A stretch of DNA of 35,777 nt from Actinomycetota bacterium (GTDB taxonomy: Bacteria; Actinomycetota; UBA4738; JACQTL01). Position 1 is the first letter of the stretch. Each line of letters starts with the position of its first letter. The DNA is taken from positions 1 to 35,777 of the forward strand of contig JBKOXF010000043.1 of assembly GCA_046724795.1 (NCBI GenBank), read 5' to 3'. Shown here in pieces: positions 7,845 through 14,625 of this stretch. The notes below the pieces were generated by a model. That model had not been told where the DNA came from. It searched no databases and saw nothing but the letters and a program-made list of their open reading frames with translations. Both the position numbers and the translations under genes were made by a program.

Positions 7845-10800
7845 GTCCGGGACGACCTCCTGGTGACCCAGAGCGCGACGAGCCACGCCAGCGCGATGAG
7901 GACGATCTCCACTCGACGTGGAGTCTGGGGAGGCTGTTCGACTCGCACCGAGCCCGCTCGTTCCACCGGGAGCCGCATGGCCCACCCGAACACGCGGTCC
8001 GGCGACGACCCGTTCCCCGCGACACGCCATCCTCCCGCGAATTGATCGGCTACCAGCGCGGTGCCCGCTCCCGTCGCGGCTCCCTCGAACCCGCCGTTGA
8101 CCGGACGCAGCACCCTCCCCTCGTTCGGGGGGAGGCCGCTCGCGGAGGACGGATCCGCGAGGGATGACTTCACGAGCTCTGGTTGCTCCGTGGCCGTGGC
8201 CTGGTGCCAGGCTTCTCGATCCCTGTAGATCGTGAGGCCCATGGCGGGAACCCGGTCGATGTCCACCTGCCGGGCCAGACCCTGCTCGAGAGCGGGCGGA
8301 AGATCGCCCGGCGCCGACACCACGTACCGGATCCCGAACGGCGCGAGCAGCGCGCCGGCGTGATCCGTGGACCCGGTGGTGAGATCCGCGATGACCTGCT
8401 CGAGCGCCCCGTACCCGTGCCCTCGCTGGTCGCGCCCGGTGTCGAGGGCGGTCGCTCCGATCTGGTCGGTGAGCGCGTACCGGAACGACACCCCGCCCGC
8501 GCGCAACGTGTTCACCGGGTCTCCGCCGGGCGGGACGAGCGGCTCCCCTGTAAGCCCTCCCAGGAACAGCACCCGGAACGCATTCGATCCGGTGTCACCG
8601 ACCAGCGTCCACGCAGCCGGAAGCCGGTCGCGGCCGACGGACCAGTCCCCTTTCGCCGCGAGCACCGCCTGCAGCGTGAGTCCCCCGCCGAGGAGCGCGA
8701 TCACCGCGACGACGGCGACCTGACGGTATCCGAACGAGAACTGGCCCATCCTCGGCAGGACCGAGGCCAGGCCGTAGACCACGAGCGCGGAGTACCCCAA
8801 TGCCGCCACGGCCAGGTACGCGACGGGGTTCGTGAGCACCCAGGGCAAGTCTCCCCCTGCGGAGGCCCACGCCAGGAACACACCGACCACCGCGACGACC
8901 AGGTACCGCGTCGCCGGTCGGGCCGAGCCCTGCACCAACGTGTACGAGAGGAGTGCGGCGATCGGGAGGAACCAGGCCACCGCCCACGATCCCGGTCCCC
9001 CGTCGGGCGCGAGCCGCGCGAGTGACGAGAAGGACGGGCGCCCCACCAGCGATGCCAGTCCGTGGCCGCCACCGGCGGCAAGATCGATCGACTGCGGCAA
9101 CAACAACACGCCCGCCGCGACGACGCCGGCGAGCAGCATCCCGGTCGCCTTCGGCCAGGATCGGGCTCGAGCGGCAGCAGGTCCGGGAGCGGCCAGTGCG
9201 GGAACCAACAACAGCGCGGCGGCGAGGGCCGTCCCGGGGAAGAAGGCGATCCCGGCCGCGAGGACGATCCCTGTGGCGGCGATGAATCGCACGGGATGCA
9301 CACCCCGCCGCTGAAAGGCCAACGAGATCCGACCGGCGAACGCGGGGAGCACCGCGAGCATCACCAGGACCGGGATCCGCCCCTCCGAGAACGCCCACAG
9401 GAGGGCGGCCGACAACCCGTAGCAGGCGGCACCCACGACCGCCGGACCACGTTGCCCGGTCTCTCGAGAGAACGTCCGGTAGAACGTCCACCCCGCGGCC
9501 GGGGGCAGCAGGATCAGGAGCGCCTTCACCGCGAGCCACGTGCTGGCCCCGAGCACGAAGGACAGCACCCCCAGGAACCCAAGAGCCGGGCTTCCCGGCT
9601 GGGCCCCGCCGAGGCCGGTGGTCCTGGCACTCGAGAGGAGCTCGCGGAAGTAGTCGGACGGCGAGGACGGCGGTGCGGCGAGCGCGCCACCCGAAAGCGG
9701 GCTGCTCCCGACGAGGAACCGGTCGGCGAACGCGCCCACCACGAGGAGCAAGAGCAACGCCGTGGCGATGGGATGGGCGCGCGCAAAGGACAGGGCCCGC
9801 CGGCCAAGGGGCGCGGGTTCCTCGAGTGAGTCGATATCGCCCAGGCTCTCGAGGTCGGCGCTTGTGCGTTCCCCGGCGCGGCGTCCGAACAGCACGCCGG
9901 ATCCCGCTTCCGTCCACCGCCGCAGCCGCGCGGTGGTCGGTGCCATGTACCGTCGGACCGACCGATCGGGCACCGCGCGGACCGACTGCGCCCGGACGCG
10001 ACGACGGAGCGTCCCCGGCAGATGCCCGAGGTTCCACACCCACGCCTGGACCGTCTGCCACACGTCGTCGAAGTGCCGGGAGAATGCCCACAGCACCGTC
10101 TTCCCGATGGTCTGGATCATGTACAGGGGCAACACCCACAACAGGGAGAGCAGGCCGTAGTTCTTGAGCAGGGCCGCGAGACGGGCGCGCTCGGCCTCGT
10201 ATCGCCCGCGATCGCGGCCTCCCTTCGTCGACAAGGTGCGCTCGCCTCGAGCAGTTGCCCCGCGGTGTCGGGCTCTGGCCAGCGGCGTCATGACCACACG
10301 GAACCCGGCGATCCTCGCTCGCCAGCAGAAGTCGAGATCCTCGCGCGAGGATGCGAATCGCTCGTCCGGCGGACCGGCGCGCTCCAGCGCGGCGCGCGAG
10401 ACGAGCATCGCGGCCGAGGACACGAACAGCACCTCGCGGACGCGGTCGTACTGACCTTGATCGATCTCGTCCTCTTCCAGAGGCGAGTAGGGGTAGCCGA
10501 ATCGGTCTGTGGAGAGGCCGACCTCGCGGAGGATGTTGGGGTCGTCCCAGTCGACCACCTTCGGACCGACGACGCCCACTCCTTCGATGCGGCGGGCGAC
10601 CTCGACCATCCGCAGGATGGCTTCAGGATCCAGGGCCACGTCGTCGTGCAGCACGAGGAAGAAGTCCGCTCCCCGCGCAGCGGGGATCGACAGCGCGTCC
10701 TGCACCGCTGCGGGCAAGCCCGGGTTGTCGGGCCGCGACACGACCCGTTCCGGTCCGAGCGAGCGACGTAGGAGGTCGAGGGAGCCGTCGGTGGATCCGT

Positions 10801-10972
10801 TGTCGACGGCGATCACCCCGAGGCGTGGATACGTCTGAGTCGACAGCGCGCGGAGACATTCACGGAGCCACGCGGCTCCGTCCTTCGACACGAGGACGAC
10901 GAGCACGGCCGGGGCTCGCCCCGCAGTGGGGCGCGGCGAACGATCGGATGGTCGGGTCGGAGTTCCTACCAA
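7841..10972 (-). CDS. large GT2-family glycosyltransferase fused to a polytopic membrane/extracytoplasmic region (1043 aa)
   Basis: The N-terminus has the GT2 signature VLVVLVSKDGAAWLRECLRALSTQTYPRLGVIAVDNGSTDGS...LHDDV...EDLDFCWR. Residues ~260-800 contain many hydrophobic helices, followed by a soluble C-terminus and a final TM. The TTG start at 10972 is uncertain; GTG 10906 is an alternative. Confidence 0.85.
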   Translation of the reverse strand: MVGTPTRPSDRSPRPTAGRAPAVLVVLVSKDGAAWLRECLRALSTQTYPRLGVIAVDNGSTDGSLDLLRRSLGPERVVSRPDNPGLPAAVQDALSIPAARGADFFLVLHDDVALDPEAILRMVEVARRIEGVGVVGPKVVDWDDPNILREVGLSTDRFGYPYSPLEEDEIDQGQYDRVREVLFVSSAAMLVSRAALERAGPPDERFASSREDLDFCWRARIAGFRVVMTPLARARHRGATARGERTLSTKGGRDRGRYEAERARLAALLKNYGLLSLLWVLPLYMIQTIGKTVLWAFSRHFDDVWQTVQAWVWNLGHLPGTLRRRVRAQSVRAVPDRSVRRYMAPTTARLRRWTEAGSGVLFGRRAGERTSADLESLGDIDSLEEPAPLGRRALSFARAHPIATALLLLLVVGAFADRFLVGSSPLSGGALAAPPSSPSDYFRELLSSARTTGLGGAQPGSPALGFLGVLSFVLGASTWLAVKALLILLPPAAGWTFYRTFSRETGQRGPAVVGAACYGLSAALLWAFSEGRIPVLVMLAVLPAFAGRISLAFQRRGVHPVRFIAATGIVLAAGIAFFPGTALAAALLLVPALAAPGPAAARARSWPKATGMLLAGVVAAGVLLLPQSIDLAAGGGHGLASLVGRPSFSSLARLAPDGGPGSWAVAWFLPIAALLSYTLVQGSARPATRYLVVAVVGVFLAWASAGGDLPWVLTNPVAYLAVAALGYSALVVYGLASVLPRMGQFSFGYRQVAVVAVIALLGGGLTLQAVLAAKGDWSVGRDRLPAAWTLVGDTGSNAFRVLFLGGLTGEPLVPPGGDPVNTLRAGGVSFRYALTDQIGATALDTGRDQRGHGYGALEQVIADLTTGSTDHAGALLAPFGIRYVVSAPGDLPPALEQGLARQVDIDRVPAMGLTIYRDREAWHQATATEQPELVKSSLADPSSASGLPPNEGRVLRPVNGGFEGAATGAGTALVADQFAGGWRVAGNGSSPDRVFGWAMRLPVERAGSVRVEQPPQTPRRVEIVLIALAWLVALWVTRRSSRT

Positions 10973-11009
10973 AGAGGCTGAACCGCCTTCGAGGCTCGGC
11001 GGGTGGGCG

Positions 11010-11019
11010 AGCCTAGCAC
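11010..11019 (-). promoter_or_regulatory. candidate extended -10 GTGCTAGGCT upstream of the large GT2 gene
   Basis: The minus strand reads cGTGCTAGGCTcgcc, 37 nt upstream of TTG 10972. The identical decamer occurs upstream of fbiC (14561..14570), and GTGCTAGGGT occurs upstream of the SpoIID gene. Confidence 0.35.
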
Positions 11020-11043
11020 GCGACGGGGCCGTTCACCGGAGGC

Positions 11044-11080
11044 CGAACAGCAGAAAGGGGGGCAGATCCCTGCCCCCCTT
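11044..11080 (-). terminator. intrinsic terminator after the whiB/basic-protein operon
   Basis: The minus strand reads AAGGGGGGCAG-ggat-CTGCCCCCCTT followed by TCTGCTGTT. The 11-bp stem is perfect (11055..11080) and begins 16 nt after the stop at 11097. Confidence 0.7.
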
Positions 11081-11096
11081 CCGGCCCTGAGATGAG

Positions 11097-11450
11097 CTAC
11101 CGCTTCCTCGCTGCGGTCTTCCTGCGAGCGGTGCTCTTGCGAGCGGTCGACTTCCGACGAGCCGGCGCCTTCTTGGCCGTCGACTTCCTCCGAGCGGTCG
11201 ACTTCCTCCGTGCAGGAGCCTTCCTCGCGGTCGTCTTCCGAGCGGTGGACTTCCTCCGAGCGGTCGACTTCCGACGTGCCGGCGCCTTCTTCCTCGCGGT
11301 CGTCTTCCGAGCGGTGGACTTACGGGCCGTCGACTTGCGTGCGGTGGACTTGCGCGCAGTCGACTTCCGAGCGGTCGACTTCCGACGTGCCGGCGCCTTC
11401 TTGGCCGTCGACTTCTTCCTCGCGCTGGATTTCTTCCGGGCGGTGGCCAT
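11097..11450 (-). CDS. ultra-basic low-complexity repeat protein (STARK/APARRK repeats), histone-H1-like
   Basis: 117 aa built only from M, A, T, S, P, K and R. By my count 53 residues are K/R and none are D/E. The ATG at 11450 is preceded by AAAGGGGGTGA. It lies 21 nt downstream of the whiB stop, with a terminator just after. The opposite-strand ORF 11092..11559 is its mirror image and was rejected. Confidence 0.7.
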   Translation of the reverse strand: MATARKKSSARKKSTAKKAPARRKSTARKSTARKSTARKSTARKSTARKTTARKKAPARRKSTARRKSTARKTTARKAPARRKSTARRKSTAKKAPARRKSTARKSTARRKTAARKR

Positions 11451-11471
11451 GTGTCACCCCCTTTCAGCCTG

Positions 11472-11705
11472 TCATGACGCCATGCGTTTCAGGCGTCGCC
11501 GTTCCCGTTCGCTCATCCCTCCCCACACGCCGTATCGCTCGTCGCGACGGAGCGCGTAGTTCAGGCACTCGATCCGAACGGGGCAGTCCGCGCAGATGCG
11601 CTTGGCTTCTCGGGAGGAGCCGCCCTTCTCGGGAAAGAAGACTTCCGGATCGAACTCTCGACACCGGGCCCGTTCTTGCCAAGGGATGAAGTGATGCACC
11701 GCCAT
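11472..11705 (-). CDS. whiB: WhiB-family Fe-S transcription factor (WhiB/WhiB2 orthologue group)
   Basis: 77 aa: ...WQERARCREFDPEVFFPEKGGSSREAKRICADCPVRIECLNYALRRDERYGVWGGMSERERRRLKR. It has four Cys in the C-x22-C-x2-C-x5-C pattern, the GVWGG turn and a basic tail. It is close to S. coelicolor WhiB as I remember it, and its synteny with fbiA/fbiB matches M. tuberculosis whiB2. Confidence 0.93.
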   Translation of the reverse strand: MAVHHFIPWQERARCREFDPEVFFPEKGGSSREAKRICADCPVRIECLNYALRRDERYGVWGGMSERERRRLKRMAS

Positions 11706-11860
11706 CCCCTCCCCTCGGAATCACATGCGTGTAATTCTGAGGCATGGGACGACGATTTGGCAAGAGGGAATTCCGCGAAGACGCTCCTCCCGACATCGCA
11801 AGAAGAAATCCTTGCAACACCAGCAGGGCTGTTCAAGAGGTTTTGGGGAAAAAGTTGCTG

Positions 11861-11898
11861 GTCAAGAAGCTTGACGATAACGGTCAATCATCTTGACC
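11861..11898. promoter_or_regulatory. two adjacent inverted repeats built on GTCAA/TTGAC
   Basis: GTCAAG-aag-CTTGAC at 11861..11875 and GGTCAA-tcatc-TTGACC at 11882..11898. They lie in the AT-richer whiB upstream region, 156-193 nt upstream of the whiB ATG. Confidence 0.5.
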
Positions 11899-11949
11899 GA
11901 AACGGCGTCACAGCGCGCGATCGGGGGGTGGAAGGCGCGACAGAACCGC

Positions 11950-12061
11950 TGTGGAGAACGTGAGGACAGTGTGAAGAAGGTGAAGGATCGTGTGGAGAAC
12001 GTGCGCGATGCTGTGGAGAACACCGTCGATGTTGTGGAAAACTCTCGATGCTGTGGAAAAC
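11950..12061. repeat. iteron-like array of TGTGGA(G/A)AAC repeats (reverse complement GTT(C/T)TCCACA, DnaA-box-like)
   Basis: Strong copies start at 11950, 11991, 12012 (all TGTGGAGAAC), 12033 and 12052 (both TGTGGAAAAC). All are in the same orientation, with 41, 21, 21 and 19 nt between starts. A degenerate copy, TGTGAAGAAG, at 11970 fills the 41-nt gap. The last three units share the longer form CGATG(C/T)TGTGGA(G/A)AAC. The final copy abuts the fbiC stop codon (12061..12063). Confidence 0.75.
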
Positions 12062-14553
12062 TAGCGGGGCGTCACGGACGATCGATGCACTCGACCGTAC
12101 GTCGTCGTTCGTTCCACCGGCGTGCGACCGACGGCGCGGATCGCGTCGACGAGCTCCTGCGGCTCCTTGCGTATCCCCCATTCCGCCCCGGCCATACGAC
12201 TGATGGTCTCCTCCATCAACGTGCCGCCGAAATCGTTCGCCCCTCCCCGCAAGAGCAGCTGACACGCCTCGATCCCCATCTTCACCCACGACACCTGCAC
12301 GTTGCGGATCCGCCCGTGCAACAGGATCCGCGCGATCGCGTGCATCCGGCGGTTGTCGTCGTGCGTCGGGCCGGGCCGCGCCTTGCCGGCAAGGTAGATC
12401 GGTGAGCTCTGATGGACGAACGGCAGCGGCACGAACTCCGTGAACCCGCCCGACTCGTCCTGGATGCGACCGATGCGCCGGATGTGGGCGACCCAATGAG
12501 GCGGCGCGTCGACGTGGCCGTACATGATGGTGGAGGAGGACGGCAGACCCACGGAGTGGGCCGTCTTCACGATCTCCTCCCATACGTCCGCGGGAAGCTT
12601 GCCCTTCGTCAGGACCCAGCGGACGTCGTCGTCGAGGATCTCAGCCGCGGTGCCGGGGATCGATCCGAGCCCGCGCCGCTTGCACTCCTCCAGGAACTCG
12701 CGGAAGGAGATGCCGAGGCGCGCCGACCCGTTCAGCACCTCCATGGGGCTGAAGGCGTGGATGTGCATGTCGGGGACCCGCGCCTTCACGGCGTCGAGGA
12801 GCTGGAAGTAGAACTCCCCCGGGAGCGAGGGATGCAGCCCGCCCTGCATGCACACCTCGGTGGCTCCGTATCGCCAGGCCTCCTCGGCGCGGTCGGCCAC
12901 CTCGTGGAGCCGGAGCGTGTAGGACTCCGGATCGACCTCCCGCTGGGCGAACGCACAGAACCGGCACCCCGTGTAGCAGACGTTCGTGAAGTTGATGTTC
13001 CGGTTCACCACGTACGTGACGTCATCCCCCACGGCGTCGCGCCGAAGGTCGTCGGCGATCGCGCACATCGCCTCGAGAGCTGCCCCCTCCGCCTCGAACA
13101 TGGCGACGGCCTGGGCCTCGGTGATGTCGTCTGGGCGCCCGGCCGTGGCTTTCTTCAGCGCGATCTCGATCTGACGGTCCAACCTGGCACGGTCGCGCGG
13201 ACGGGCGTACCACTCGCGCGTCGCCGTGACCTCGATCGCGTCCCAATCGCCGTAGACGTCGAGCGTGTCGTCCCGAAGGGACCCGTTCGGGCCCTTCGAG
13301 AAGGTGAGCGCGATGTGCCGAGGTTTCCACTGCACGTCCGGGTCCTGCCACGCGATCGGTGCGGGCTTCGTCCCCTCGCGGGCCAGGCCGTCCTCGGCAG
13401 CGAGCGCGGCGACCGGCTTCTGCATCTTGCCGGCGATCCACGGATCCGGTCGCCGCGCGAACTCGGGCTGCGCCGCGAGCCGCTCCCGGAGCGTGAATCC
13501 CCGCTCCCCCGTCGCCACTGCCAGGCGGTAGAGCTGCGGCCAGGCCTTCTCCGGGTTCACGTGATCGGGCGTGAGCGGCGAGACGCCGCCCCAATCGTCG
13601 ATACCCGCGTCGAGCAGACGCGGATACCGCTCGTCTGAGAGGTTCGGTGGGGCCTGGACGTGCATCCTCGGACCGAACGCGATCCGGGCCACGGCGATCG
13701 CGGCCAGGTATTCGTTCTCTGATGGCGGGCTCGAGCGATGCATCGCCGTGCCCGGCTTGGGCACGAAGTTCTGGACGATGACCTCCTGAACGTGGCGGTA
13801 CTTCCGATGGAGCTCGCGGATGGCGAGGAGCGACTCGGCGCGCTCCCGCAGCGTCTCCCCGATGCCGACCAGGATGCCCGTCGTGAACGGGATCGACAGA
13901 CGGCCGGCGTCCTCGATCGTGCGCAGTCGAGCCGCGGGGACCTTGTCCGGCGAGCCGAAGTGCGGACCGCCCTTCTCCGACAGCCGGTCCGACGACGTCT
14001 CGAGCATCAGTCCCATCGACGCGCTGACGTGCTTGAGACGGGCCATCTCCTCCCACGACATCACGCCGGGGTTCAGGTGCGGCAGCAGGCCCGTCTCCTC
14101 AATGACACGAATGGCTGCGGCTCGGACGTATTCCAGCGTGGAGTCGTAGCCGCGCGCGGCGAGCCACTCTCGCGCTTCGGGGTACCGCTCCTCGGGCCGG
14201 TCTCCCAGCGTGAACAGCGCCTCCTTGCACTCGAGCTCTCGGCCGCGCGTCGCGATGTCGAGGACCTGCTCCGGCGTGAGGAACGGCGCGGCCAGCTTCG
14301 CCGGTGGCTTCGCGAACGTGCAGTAATGGCAGTGGTCGCGGCAGAGCATCGTGAGCGGAACGAACACCTTTCGCGAATACGTCACCGTCGTTCCGTGACC
14401 GAGCTCGCGAAGGCGACGGGCGATCCCCAAGAGGTCATCGAGCGCGCCGCCCGTCGCCCCCAACATGGCCTCGAGGTCGTTCACCGAGAGCGCCTTGCCG
14501 GCGTCGGCCCGCGCGAGCGCTCGCGAGAGGGAATGGTCGACCGCCCTGCCCAT
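12061..14553 (-). CDS. fbiC: FO synthase (7,8-didemethyl-8-hydroxy-5-deazariboflavin synthase), CofG+CofH fusion
   Basis: Two radical-SAM clusters, CRDHCHYCTF and CYTGCRFCAF, in one polypeptide of about 830 aa. The track ORF 12061..15078 is over-extended. I prefer ATG 14553 because it has a -10 element exactly 7 nt upstream (leaderless geometry). ATG 14586, with AAGG 3 nt upstream, is the alternative. Confidence 0.92.
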   Translation of the reverse strand: MGRAVDHSLSRALARADAGKALSVNDLEAMLGATGGALDDLLGIARRLRELGHGTTVTYSRKVFVPLTMLCRDHCHYCTFAKPPAKLAAPFLTPEQVLDIATRGRELECKEALFTLGDRPEERYPEAREWLAARGYDSTLEYVRAAAIRVIEETGLLPHLNPGVMSWEEMARLKHVSASMGLMLETSSDRLSEKGGPHFGSPDKVPAARLRTIEDAGRLSIPFTTGILVGIGETLRERAESLLAIRELHRKYRHVQEVIVQNFVPKPGTAMHRSSPPSENEYLAAIAVARIAFGPRMHVQAPPNLSDERYPRLLDAGIDDWGGVSPLTPDHVNPEKAWPQLYRLAVATGERGFTLRERLAAQPEFARRPDPWIAGKMQKPVAALAAEDGLAREGTKPAPIAWQDPDVQWKPRHIALTFSKGPNGSLRDDTLDVYGDWDAIEVTATREWYARPRDRARLDRQIEIALKKATAGRPDDITEAQAVAMFEAEGAALEAMCAIADDLRRDAVGDDVTYVVNRNINFTNVCYTGCRFCAFAQREVDPESYTLRLHEVADRAEEAWRYGATEVCMQGGLHPSLPGEFYFQLLDAVKARVPDMHIHAFSPMEVLNGSARLGISFREFLEECKRRGLGSIPGTAAEILDDDVRWVLTKGKLPADVWEEIVKTAHSVGLPSSSTIMYGHVDAPPHWVAHIRRIGRIQDESGGFTEFVPLPFVHQSSPIYLAGKARPGPTHDDNRRMHAIARILLHGRIRNVQVSWVKMGIEACQLLLRGGANDFGGTLMEETISRMAGAEWGIRKEPQELVDAIRAVGRTPVERTTTYGRVHRSSVTPR

Positions 14554-14570
14554 CGCGGCGAGCCTAGCAC
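14554..14570 (-). promoter_or_regulatory. candidate extended -10 GTGCTAGGCT positioned for a leaderless fbiC mRNA
   Basis: The minus strand reads GTGC-TAGGCT-cgccgcg-ATG. The TANNNT hexamer is at 14566..14561, followed by a 7-nt discriminator and then ATG 14553. Confidence 0.4.
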
Positions 14571-14625
14571 CCGCGACGTGAAGCATGACCTTGCCGCCGT
14601 CAAGCCCAGCAAGGAGACTGGCCAC

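Noticed and set aside
11092-11559. Plus-strand 155-aa ORF (FLRAVD repeats) overlapping the basic-protein gene
   Set aside because: It is the mirror image of the same DNA repeats. It has no SD and runs antisense into whiB. The minus-strand ORF has an ATG with a strong SD, sits in an operon with whiB, and is followed by a terminator.
11950-12061. Possibility that the 19-21-nt periodic repeats form a CRISPR array
   Set aside because: The repeat core is only about 10-16 nt and the units are contiguous, with no spacers of 25-40 nt. There are no cas genes in the window.
11893-12405. Plus-strand 170-aa ORF whose N-terminus (VENVRDAVENTVDVVEN) covers the repeat array
   Set aside because: The peptide periodicity simply reflects the DNA repeats. 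Most of the ORF runs antisense through the well-supported 3' end of fbiC, and it has no SD.
14589-14614. 6-bp hairpin CCTTGC...GCAAGG overlapping the cyclase-1 SD, considered as a translational control element
   Set aside because: The stem is short, the loop is 14 nt, and there is no supporting conservation evidence. It is too weak to call.
13738-14625. N-terminal 296 codons of track ORF 13738..15954 (an extended version of cyclase 1)
   Set aside because: This part is antisense to fbiC and has Arg/Glu-rich shadow composition. The paralogue alignment and the AAGGAG SD place the real start at GTG 14626.
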